A stretch of DNA of 64,000 nt from IMG/VR virus record IMGVR_UViG_3300025684_000014, positions 59,668 to 123,667 of that record, one strand, 5' to 3'. The position numbers were made by a program, and so were the translations under genes. Numbering within the stretch: position 1 is the stretch's first letter; every line of letters begins with the position of its first letter. Source of the stretch: a virus. The notes beneath the pieces are model-generated. The model had not been told where the DNA came from, made no database searches, and saw only the letters and a list, made by a program, of their open reading frames with translations. Positions 8,656 through 16,990 of this stretch are shown in pieces.

Positions 8656-10254
8656 ATGAATAGTCTTCCATATTTACAAATAGATGCAGAAAATTTAATT
8701 CCACATCCTTCTAATACTTACACTATTGTTTTAGATAAGTCTGAATTTTCTGAAAAGTTTCTATTGCAAACAGAGTCGTTTTCTTACAAAAATGATTCTT
8801 ACAAGAATGCTTTTCTTATAGTTTCTAAATATAAAAATATTATATCTGAAACAGCAGCTTTTTGTAATTGGATAGACACTTCCTACTCTCAAGAAGAAAT
8901 ACTTTTAACCTTTACTTCTTTTTTCAAAGTAAAGGTTAAACAAATTCTTTCTGGCAATAAACTTGCCTTTACTTTCCTATCTTTATCTGCTCATAAAAAA
9001 TATTATAATGATTTTTCTATTCTTTCTACTTATTTAAATTCAAATCTTTTATTTAAAGATTTTTTTATTTCTAAAGATAGAGAGAACTACAAAGATCCCA
9101 ATTACTTAAATAATATATATATACAACTATCTCCTCAGATAGACAAAGACTTTGAATTTTTCAATACTTCTAACCCTTCTAAACAATTAAATATTCTTTA
9201 TTCTTTATTATTAGAGACACAATTACTTTTAGAATTCCAAGAAGATCTATCGTTATCAAACGAATTATTTCCCAAAGAAGTTCTTATTAAATTAAAAAAA
9301 GAAAAAAAACGATTATCTAAAATGAATTCATCTAGTTCTGAATACTCAAATATTCAAGATTACATAGATCTTTTACTTGATATACCTTGGAATTCTTATT
9401 CTGAACAAACATTAAATCCAACTTTAATATCTAAAGAAATATCTAGTACTCACTATGGTTTAGAAAATGTTAAAGAAAATATTTTAGAGTACTTTTATCT
9501 TCACAAACTAACAGGCATAATGGATGGCGCCGTTCTTCTTTTCAACGGACCTCCAGGTACAGGAAAAACTACAATTGCCAAAGCTATTGCTAAAGCAACT
9601 AATAGAGAATTTATATCTATATCTTTAGCGGGTGTTGGCGATGAATCAGAAATTAGAGGCCACAGAAGAACTTACGTAGGTTCTAAACCTGGAAGAATAG
9701 TTTCTGCTATTGCTAATTCGAAAACTATGAATCCTATTATACTTATTGATGAATTAGACAAAATTAAACCTGACAAAGGAGATCCTTTTTCAGCTTTATT
9801 AGAACTTTTAGATCCTGAACAAAACTATGCTTTTATAGACAGGTATTTAGAAGTTCCAATCGATTTATCTAAAGTTACTTTTATATGCACTTCTAATTCT
9901 AAAAATAAAATTCCTGAACCTTTATTAAATAGATGTGAAATAATTGAATTTCAGAATTATTCTTTCGAAGAAAAAAAACACATTCTAATTAACTATATAA
10001 TTCCTAAAATCATCTCTAATTATAAACTTAAATCTTATAATATTATTTTTGAAAGTACTTTATTAGATTACTTGTCTAAACAAAAAGATTTAAGAAACTT
10101 AAAAAAGATAATTTCTAGATTACTAAGAAACAAAACCAAAAAGTTATTATTAGATAACTCTGACACCTTAATAACTTTAGAGCAGTATAAAAAAATATTT
10201 AACGTAACTACGCAAAATTCTACACGGAGAATTGGTTTTGCTACAAATATCTAG
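8656..10254 (+). CDS. Lon-type AAA+ ATPase lacking the C-terminal protease domain
   Basis: GPPGTGKT, EIRGHRRTYVGSKPG, ILIDELDK, LLELLDPEQN; ends soon after the ATPase module with RRIGF; no GPSAG catalytic motif. Confidence 0.9.
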   Translation: MNSLPYLQIDAENLIPHPSNTYTIVLDKSEFSEKFLLQTESFSYKNDSYKNAFLIVSKYKNIISETAAFCNWIDTSYSQEEILLTFTSFFKVKVKQILSGNKLAFTFLSLSAHKKYYNDFSILSTYLNSNLLFKDFFISKDRENYKDPNYLNNIYIQLSPQIDKDFEFFNTSNPSKQLNILYSLLLETQLLLEFQEDLSLSNELFPKEVLIKLKKEKKRLSKMNSSSSEYSNIQDYIDLLLDIPWNSYSEQTLNPTLISKEISSTHYGLENVKENILEYFYLHKLTGIMDGAVLLFNGPPGTGKTTIAKAIAKATNREFISISLAGVGDESEIRGHRRTYVGSKPGRIVSAIANSKTMNPIILIDELDKIKPDKGDPFSALLELLDPEQNYAFIDRYLEVPIDLSKVTFICTSNSKNKIPEPLLNRCEIIEFQNYSFEEKKHILINYIIPKIISNYKLKSYNIIFESTLLDYLSKQKDLRNLKKIISRLLRNKTKKLLLDNSDTLITLEQYKKIFNVTTQNSTRRIGFATNI

Positions 10255-11050
10255 TCAAGATAACCTTATCATTCCTTACCACAATAAAATTATTTCAAAA
10301 TGCGAAGCTTGTTTAAAAAACATACATCCTGATTTTTTAAACTCAAATCCTATAGTCAGTGGTAGTTATGCTATTAATTTGGTTTATTCCCCCGAGTCTT
10401 TTCATAATGACATTGATATATACTTTGCTTCTCAAAACGATTTTGATTTAGCTAAATCTTATATTGAAACTCTTTATCCTAATTCCAAAAAATTTCAAAC
10501 AGAAAATGCGATATCTTTTTCAATTGAAGAAAATAAAGAAGTTCAACTTATCTGTAAGTTTTTTCTTCCCCCGGAAGAGCTTATTTACAAGCACGATTTT
10601 ATTGTTAGTTCTGTCGCTATTTCTAATTCTAAAGTTTATACCACTTTAGAAACTTTTAAAGCTTGGTCTAAATCTGAACTTAGTTTTCGTGATTATCAAT
10701 TTCCCGAATCTAACAAAGATTTAAATAAAGTTTTCATTCGTTTATTTAATATAATTAATAGAATTGATAAATATTCTAAAAGATATTCACTTGATATTAC
10801 CCCTTCTACTTATCAAGATCTTAAATCTATTTACAATTTGATATCATCTAATGATTATTTAAATGAAAGTAATTTTATCGATTCTCCAAACATTCAAACT
10901 CCCGTATTGGATTATTATGGAAGAACTGTAAATTCAAAAATTACTTATAAAGAAATAATTTCTTCTTTGTACAAGTTTCTTAAAGAAGAAAATAGTGACT
11001 CAGATATACTCCCTCCGTCTTTTGAAAGAGACAATTTCTTTACTTTATGA
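10232..11050 (+). CDS. Nucleotidyltransferase-fold protein
   Basis: VSGSYA...NDIDIYF (GS + DxD), later VQLI and HDF motifs. Confidence 0.65.
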   Translation: MVLLQISSQDNLIIPYHNKIISKCEACLKNIHPDFLNSNPIVSGSYAINLVYSPESFHNDIDIYFASQNDFDLAKSYIETLYPNSKKFQTENAISFSIEENKEVQLICKFFLPPEELIYKHDFIVSSVAISNSKVYTTLETFKAWSKSELSFRDYQFPESNKDLNKVFIRLFNIINRIDKYSKRYSLDITPSTYQDLKSIYNLISSNDYLNESNFIDSPNIQTPVLDYYGRTVNSKITYKEIISSLYKFLKEENSDSDILPPSFERDNFFTL

Positions 11051-11259
11051 AAATATATTGCTTAGATAGAGAAGATTGTTGCTTTTATCGTTATTTATCT
11101 GATGACGAATATAAAGTTTATGATTTTGATAAGCCATTTATTCACTGCGAAAATTGTGATTATGTAGCTTTAATTGTTCCTGACGATTTTGTTTTGGAAA
11201 ACAACTCCAAAACAAAATCATTAATTCTTTCAGCCTTAAACAAATTGGATAAACTTTAA
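11047..11259 (+). CDS. Small zinc-ribbon-like protein
   Basis: CLDREDCC and CENC motifs. Confidence 0.55.
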   Translation: MKIYCLDREDCCFYRYLSDDEYKVYDFDKPFIHCENCDYVALIVPDDFVLENNSKTKSLILSALNKLDKL

Positions 11260-13562
11260 TGTTTATAACAACTTATTTTGATAATTCACAACAAGATCTT
11301 ATTTTTCCCTATACCTTAAATAAGCATGGCATAGAAAAATGCATACAAGATCCTGATTATCTATTAAATTTTTTTGACGGTCGCGCTCATTCTATACCCG
11401 ACCTTCAATTATCTTTTTTAAATTCTCTTACTCAAAATTCTCAAATAACTACTTTTTCTACTTTATTAGATAAAATGAATCTTGAAAATCAAAATGAAAG
11501 ATTTGTTTTATCTGATTCTAATTTTTTTTCTACGGTTCTTTTTTCTGCTTTTAATAAGCAGAATAATTATAATATTACTACTAACTTAAGAAGATCTTTT
11601 AATTGGCGATATAATTTTAAAAATATCTCTAAATTTTATACTGAATTCTTTCTTTTTGATCAAGATGTTCATAATCGAAACTTAGAAAACGGTTATATTT
11701 GTTTTGATATTACACCAGATTTTAATCACTATTTTAACGAAGAAAATTTTGAATTAAAGTGTATTTCTTATTTAAAGAGAAATCTAATAGCTACTTTCAA
11801 TGATAAAAAAGTTTATTCTTTGATTTCAAAAACTTCTTATGATAACTATATTAAAGATATGGTTTTTCCAGAGGTTTTTGATTATTCAGAAATAAACCCT
11901 ACTAAAAATATAATTAATTTTGCTTCTTTAAGATCTACTTATCAGGCCAATCTTTTAGCATATTCTAAAGGAATTTTAATTAACTTTGATTTTGTATTTG
12001 AAAATAACTTATTTCAAGAAAAGCTAGAATCTTTAGATCAAACAAAAATTGATGTTATAAAAGTTCCTTCTTTTTCTTCAATTTCTAAAGACAATTTAAT
12101 TGAAAAAACTTCTTATACAAAAAATCAAGTCGTAAAAAGAAACACTTCTTTTACTCCTTCTTTTACTAAAATTAATGTTTTTGGTTTAAATTTTGAAATC
12201 GAAGAAATATATCTTTTAAATTTTTTCTCTCTTTATTCTCATTCTAATTTATCTTCAAGAAAACGTTCAGCTAGACGTTTTTTTGAATTTTATAATTTTC
12301 TTGTAGAAGAAGATTCTCTTCAAATTTTTAATAAAGATTTATATATCGATAGAATGAGACAAAAGTTTAAATCTTTGTTTATTTATTCTAGTGACTTCTT
12401 AAATAATCTTACTGATTCTCAAAAACAATATATTGTTAGTTTAAATCTTAAAAATAATTATAACCATTTTGATGAAAATTTAAATTCTTTAATTTTATCT
12501 TCTCCAAAAATTGATAAAAAGTTAGATTCAAAATACAAAAAGCTAAAAGAAAAAACCAACAAAAGCATTCTTTTTATGAATGATCGTTCTTCTTTGATAA
12601 ATAATTTACTTTACACTTCTGCTGAAATTAAAAAATTAAAAAAAGAGTTAGTTAAACTAACTCAAGATCTTGAAGAAAAATTGGCACAACAGAAAACTTA
12701 TTTTCAAAGATTTTCTACCGAAGCATCTTCTTTGTTTACTAATTATAATCTTTTTTTAACTATTAAAGATAAATATTTTAATGAATATGCTTCTGCTACT
12801 CAATATACTGTTGATCAATTTTTAAATAATTATAGTAATCAAGGAATAAATATAATTGATTTAAATTATACTTATCAAGATAATACTTATTCTATAAATT
12901 TTAAATCTTCTCAACAAGATGTAGCTAAATTTCTTCTTGCTAAAAAAGAAGGCGCTCTTCAGATTGAATCAATTACTTTTTCTACTTCTACCCCTACTAA
13001 AATAAACATTGTTGGTAATCAAGATTCCAGTGTTTATGGTGGGCCTTATGTTGTAAAAGTTACCAAGAATAGTATTAATATTTCTTTGAAAGATACTACT
13101 TCTATTTTTGGCTCAAACCTTTCTACTGGTGCTTGTTTTGTGCACCCTCACTCTGGCGCTACCAGCAGCATTGATAATCTTTATTATCCTAATTATTCTA
13201 GAGCTTGTTTAGGTGAAGCTTCCCCTTTGCTTTATAAAGCTTTTGAAGATAATGATATAAAACTTATTCTTATTTCTGCTATGACTTGGGTTTCTTCAGC
13301 TAACTCTGCTGATACCTGGGGGAAGAATTATATTTATTTTCCTAAAAAACTAGACATGATTCAACAAGAATCTAATTCAGTTTCTCTTTCTGATATTTCT
13401 GAAGAAGAAGTAATAGATTTTCTTTCTGTCTTTTCAGATGAGGATGAGGATGAAGACGATTCTCAACTTAATCAAAACGAACCCACCGATACAGTTGAGC
13501 AACAACCTGTTCAAGAAACACAAGAAACTGTTTACACAAGGTATACTGCTAATACGTTATGA
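11259..13562 (+). CDS. Large protein with coiled coil and C-terminal prokaryotic E2 (UBC)-like domain
   Basis: HPH (aa 629) ... CLG (Cys650), like the UBC HPN...CL motif; directly upstream of JAB and E1 genes; acidic tail. Confidence 0.65.
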   Translation: MFITTYFDNSQQDLIFPYTLNKHGIEKCIQDPDYLLNFFDGRAHSIPDLQLSFLNSLTQNSQITTFSTLLDKMNLENQNERFVLSDSNFFSTVLFSAFNKQNNYNITTNLRRSFNWRYNFKNISKFYTEFFLFDQDVHNRNLENGYICFDITPDFNHYFNEENFELKCISYLKRNLIATFNDKKVYSLISKTSYDNYIKDMVFPEVFDYSEINPTKNIINFASLRSTYQANLLAYSKGILINFDFVFENNLFQEKLESLDQTKIDVIKVPSFSSISKDNLIEKTSYTKNQVVKRNTSFTPSFTKINVFGLNFEIEEIYLLNFFSLYSHSNLSSRKRSARRFFEFYNFLVEEDSLQIFNKDLYIDRMRQKFKSLFIYSSDFLNNLTDSQKQYIVSLNLKNNYNHFDENLNSLILSSPKIDKKLDSKYKKLKEKTNKSILFMNDRSSLINNLLYTSAEIKKLKKELVKLTQDLEEKLAQQKTYFQRFSTEASSLFTNYNLFLTIKDKYFNEYASATQYTVDQFLNNYSNQGINIIDLNYTYQDNTYSINFKSSQQDVAKFLLAKKEGALQIESITFSTSTPTKINIVGNQDSSVYGGPYVVKVTKNSINISLKDTTSIFGSNLSTGACFVHPHSGATSSIDNLYYPNYSRACLGEASPLLYKAFEDNDIKLILISAMTWVSSANSADTWGKNYIYFPKKLDMIQQESNSVSLSDISEEEVIDFLSVFSDEDEDEDDSQLNQNEPTDTVEQQPVQETQETVYTRYTANTL

Positions 13563-14641
13563 ATTCAATTAAGCCTTTTTCTATTCTCAATAGAAACTTT
13601 TATATTTCTATTTCTAATAAATGTCATGAATCTTTTAAAAAGATTGTAGACATTGCTCCTCAAGAATCTCAATGGTTCAATACTGTTAATGAACTTTATG
13701 ATGAAGACGGAGAACTTATTTGTTTAGAGCTTGGTGATCAACTTTATATTCCTGAACAAATTTGTTCTGCTACTGAAGTAGATACTTCTCCTACCATGAT
13801 GATGGATTTTTACAAAGAACTTTTAAAGAGCCATACTCCTGAAGAAACTAATGAAATAATTTCTTCTATGAATTGTTGGAGTCACTCACATGTAAATATG
13901 TCTGTGAACCCTAGTGGCCAGGATGTTTCTCAATTTACTCAATTTGTAAAGCAATCCCAGGATCAGCAATGTAATAAATTTCAAATCATGCTTATTCATA
14001 ATAAGAAGGGAGATTATTATTCTAGAGTTTTCGATCCCTATACAAAACTTATTTACGAAGGTATTCCAGTTTATATAGATTCTGAATTTGATCTTTCTTA
14101 TATTGAAGAAGCTGCTAAAGTTAAATTTAAAAAGAAAGCTTTACCTTCTTCTCTTAAGAATCCTTATGTAAATTCTTCTAAATTTACAGATCTTTTTTCT
14201 CTTTCGTCTTCTAAAGCTTACTCTCCTCTAGAAGATGAAGAAGATTTATCAAAAGTTAATGAAGCTTTGAGTAAAGATCTATTAAATCAAATTTACCACA
14301 CTACTAATTTAAATACTAAAGTTAAACTCAGTAAGAAAGACTCTGTTTTAGCTTACAGTTTACTCACTAATGAGTTTGATCAACAAGAGTTGCTTTGGTT
14401 TTACTTTTTAATTTCTGGAAATAAAGATAAAATTCCAAAGTTTTCTTCTTTAGAAAAAGTTGATCATTTCTTTTTAAACAATCAAAACGTTACAGGCGTT
14501 AAAAACTTTATAATAGATTATTTTAACAAAACCGCTGACACTTTAGCACATCTTCATGAAATTTTTTACACTGTACATTCTCTTACTGACGCCCCTACTA
14601 TTAATAAGTTAAAAGAAATTGTTGAGGATTTGACAATATGA
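13559..14641 (+). CDS. JAB/MPN+ metallopeptidase (deubiquitinase-like)
   Basis: Glu36 and HSHVNMSVNPSGQD = HxH-x7-S-x2-D JAMM motif. Confidence 0.85.
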   Translation: MNSIKPFSILNRNFYISISNKCHESFKKIVDIAPQESQWFNTVNELYDEDGELICLELGDQLYIPEQICSATEVDTSPTMMMDFYKELLKSHTPEETNEIISSMNCWSHSHVNMSVNPSGQDVSQFTQFVKQSQDQQCNKFQIMLIHNKKGDYYSRVFDPYTKLIYEGIPVYIDSEFDLSYIEEAAKVKFKKKALPSSLKNPYVNSSKFTDLFSLSSSKAYSPLEDEEDLSKVNEALSKDLLNQIYHTTNLNTKVKLSKKDSVLAYSLLTNEFDQQELLWFYFLISGNKDKIPKFSSLEKVDHFFLNNQNVTGVKNFIIDYFNKTADTLAHLHEIFYTVHSLTDAPTINKLKEIVEDLTI

Positions 14642-15336
14642 CTCAAGTAAATTTTATGAGGCACGCATCATATTTTGGCCCTGAAGATGCTGCTGACAAA
14701 ACGCTTACTATTATTGGTGCAGGTGCTACTGGCTCTTGGGTTGCTTTAATTGCAGCAAAAATGGGTTGGCACAATTTTTCTATTTGGGATTCTGATATTG
14801 TTGAATCACACAATTTGCCAAACCAGGTTTATGGTGTTGAGCATATTGGTATGCAAAAAGTAGATGCTTTAGAGCAAGTACTAAAAGCTTTTAATCCTCA
14901 ATGTTCTGTTGAAAAGCACAATGAATTTTTTATTGGTTCTAATGAAGATCACAAAAGCTCATTAGAAGATTATGTTTATGTTGCTGTAGATTCTCTTTCG
15001 GCTAGAAAAGATATCATTTCTAATTGCTTTCATTTACCCTTTACAGATCTTATTTTCGAAACTAAAATGGGCTTTGAGCATGCAGAAATCAATATATTCT
15101 CTCCTTCAAACGAACAAGCTATGAACTCTTATCTTGGAATGCTTAAAAGCGATGACGAGGTGGAGGAAAGCGCTTGCGATGCTAAAATCATAACTACACT
15201 TACCACTATCGTGGCTTCCACTTTAGTACATGCTTTATGTGGCCATGCCTCTCTTTCTCGAAGAGGCAAAAATACTTTTTACGATTCTAAACAAATTATT
15301 TCTCTTCAAGATAAATTAACCACTATCTCTTTTTAA
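14638..15336 (+). CDS. E1-like ThiF/MoeB-family adenylyltransferase
   Basis: IIGAGATGS, DSDIVESHNLPNQ, KVDAL, AVDS; no CxxC zinc pairs; candidate catalytic Cys180. Confidence 0.92.
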   Translation: MTQVNFMRHASYFGPEDAADKTLTIIGAGATGSWVALIAAKMGWHNFSIWDSDIVESHNLPNQVYGVEHIGMQKVDALEQVLKAFNPQCSVEKHNEFFIGSNEDHKSSLEDYVYVAVDSLSARKDIISNCFHLPFTDLIFETKMGFEHAEINIFSPSNEQAMNSYLGMLKSDDEVEESACDAKIITTLTTIVASTLVHALCGHASLSRRGKNTFYDSKQIISLQDKLTTISF

Positions 15337-15345
15337 GGATAAAAA

Positions 15346-15546
15346 ATGGATACACCTACAATGAATCAACGAATTCAAGCTTTAATCGACCAGCTTCAAG
15401 CATCTCTTTCCGATGCTGATCGTTTTGATCGAGGTCAGAATGCTGCAGGTATTAGAATTAGAAAGCTCGCTCAAGATGTAAAAGTTGAATGTCAATCTAT
15501 TCGTAAAGATATTCAAACAATTCGCGATTCACGCAAAAACTCTTAA
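15346..15546 (+). CDS. Small helical-hairpin protein, Hc1/histone-H1-like family
   Basis: F.RGQNAAGIRIRK...KV...IRKDIQ pattern. Confidence 0.6.
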   Translation: MDTPTMNQRIQALIDQLQASLSDADRFDRGQNAAGIRIRKLAQDVKVECQSIRKDIQTIRDSRKNS

Positions 15547-15560
15547 TTTAAGGAAATATT

Positions 15561-15776
15561 ATGTCTACTATTACTCTTGTTGTTATTCCTGGCCCTGGTG
15601 CCCGCACCGTAACTGTTCCTGATGGAATGACTGTTGAGCAACTTGTTGTTCAAGAGAATCTTCATGGAAGAGATATTATCGTTAATGGAGAAGGTGTTTC
15701 TCCTGGAACTTATTCAAGTACTCTTGTTACTCCAAGCTCTGAAATCTTTGCTACAGGTTCAGTAAAAGGTAACTAA
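15561..15776 (+). CDS. Ubiquitin-like beta-grasp protein (single domain)
   Basis: 71 aa; MTVEQL, IIVNG and EIF beta-grasp pattern; ends VKGN; adjacent to E1/JAB. Confidence 0.85.
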   Translation: MSTITLVVIPGPGARTVTVPDGMTVEQLVVQENLHGRDIIVNGEGVSPGTYSSTLVTPSSEIFATGSVKGN

Positions 15777-15781
15777 TTTTT

Positions 15782-16081
15782 ATGGGTGCTGAAACTTTCT
15801 ACGAGTTTTCTTCTGGAAAAACAGCCAAAGAAGCTTTTAGCAAAGCAGTTAAAGACGCTGCTTATCAATATGGTCACTCAGGATATACTGGATCTATTGC
15901 TGAAAAAAGTGATTTTTCTATGGTTACTGAAAAGACTTTTTCTTCTTCTGAAGCATGGAACCTTGCAAGGTCTTTAATTAGCACTGATTATTCAGATAAA
16001 TGGGGGCCTGCTGGATGCATACAGGTTCAGTCTGATTCTCAACAAAATATTTATCTTTTCTTTGGCTGGGCTTCTAGCTGA
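15782..16081 (+). CDS. Conserved-looking phage hypothetical protein
   Basis: GHSGYTGSIAEK, DKWGPAG, LFFGWASS motifs. Confidence 0.7.
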   Translation: MGAETFYEFSSGKTAKEAFSKAVKDAAYQYGHSGYTGSIAEKSDFSMVTEKTFSSSEAWNLARSLISTDYSDKWGPAGCIQVQSDSQQNIYLFFGWASS

Positions 16082-16100
16082 TAAAATTTATAATTAAAAT

Positions 16101-16307
16101 ATGTCTAAAATTAATTTAATAAATGTAAATAAAAATTATCGATTAACTATAGCTTACCCAAAAGTACTTTCTTTACATCAATTCCTTTTTGATAATAATT
16201 CTTTGGGCTATAGAGCTATAGTTAATGGTAGAGATATATGTCGGAATGATTGGAAATATACTGTTTTACAACCAAATTCCGATGTACACTTACTTCAACA
16301 CTTTTAA
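16101..16307 (+). CDS. Divergent Ubl-like protein without a C-terminal Gly
   Basis: AIVNGRDI...W..TVL.PNSDVH aligns with IIINGQGI...W.STIVPSDAEVF of the Ubls. Confidence 0.55.
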   Translation: MSKINLINVNKNYRLTIAYPKVLSLHQFLFDNNSLGYRAIVNGRDICRNDWKYTVLQPNSDVHLLQHF

Positions 16308-16333
16308 TTTATTTGTTATAGAAAGATTTTATT

Positions 16334-16972
16334 ATGTCTACAATTACACTTGTTGTTATTCCTGGCCCTGGCGCTCGCACTGTAACCATTTCTGACTCTG
16401 CTACTGTTGCAGATCTTGCTTGCCAAGAAAACCTTCATGGTCGTGACATTATCATTAACGGTCAAGGCATCTCTCCTTCTCAATGGAGTTCTACTATCGT
16501 TCCTTCTGATGCAGAAGTCTTTGCTACTGGCTCAGTAAAGGGCAATACTAGTTCTGCAACACTAGTTGTGATTCCTGGTCCTGGCGCTCGAACTGTTTCT
16601 CTAGATGACTCTATGACGGTTAGTGATCTTGTTTGTCGTGAGAATTTGCATGGTCGTGACATTATCATTAATGGCGAGGGAATTTCTCCAAACCATTGGG
16701 AGACTCATCAAATTCCAGAAAACGCAGAGATCTTTGCTACTGGTTCTGTGAAGGGCAATACTGATATCGCGACCCTCGTCGTCATTCCTGGCCCTGGTGC
16801 AAGATCAATAACTCTTTCTCAAGATATGACTGTTGCAGATTTGGTTTGCCGTGAAAACCTTCATGGTCGCGACATCATTATTAACGGACAAGGTGTACCT
16901 CCAACTTCTTGGGAAACTACTACTGTCCCCCCTTCTTCAGAAATTTTTGCAACCGGCTCTGTAAAGGGCAAT
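16334..16972 (+). repeat. 3 x 213-bp imperfect tandem repeat; a fourth copy lies at 15561-15773
   Basis: Units 16334-16546, 16547-16759, 16760-16972 with many synonymous differences. Confidence 0.9.
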
Positions 16973-16975
16973 TAA
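16334..16975 (+). CDS. Tandem triple ubiquitin-like protein (poly-Ubl)
   Basis: Three exact-length 71-aa repeats, each ending ATGSVKGN. Confidence 0.9.
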   Translation: MSTITLVVIPGPGARTVTISDSATVADLACQENLHGRDIIINGQGISPSQWSSTIVPSDAEVFATGSVKGNTSSATLVVIPGPGARTVSLDDSMTVSDLVCRENLHGRDIIINGEGISPNHWETHQIPENAEIFATGSVKGNTDIATLVVIPGPGARSITLSQDMTVADLVCRENLHGRDIIINGQGVPPTSWETTTVPPSSEIFATGSVKGN

Positions 16976-16990
16976 TAATATAGAGTCAAT

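Noticed and set aside
10232-15336. CBASS type II operon
   Set aside because: The NTase lacks a C-terminal Gly and recognisable CD-NTase features, E1 and E2 are separate, no effector is seen, and dedicated Ubls are present
14638-15776. ThiF/ThiS or MoeB/MoaD cofactor biosynthesis
   Set aside because: No thiG, moaE or sulfurtransferase genes in the window; E2-like and JAB genes are adjacent; the Ubl ends KGN rather than GG
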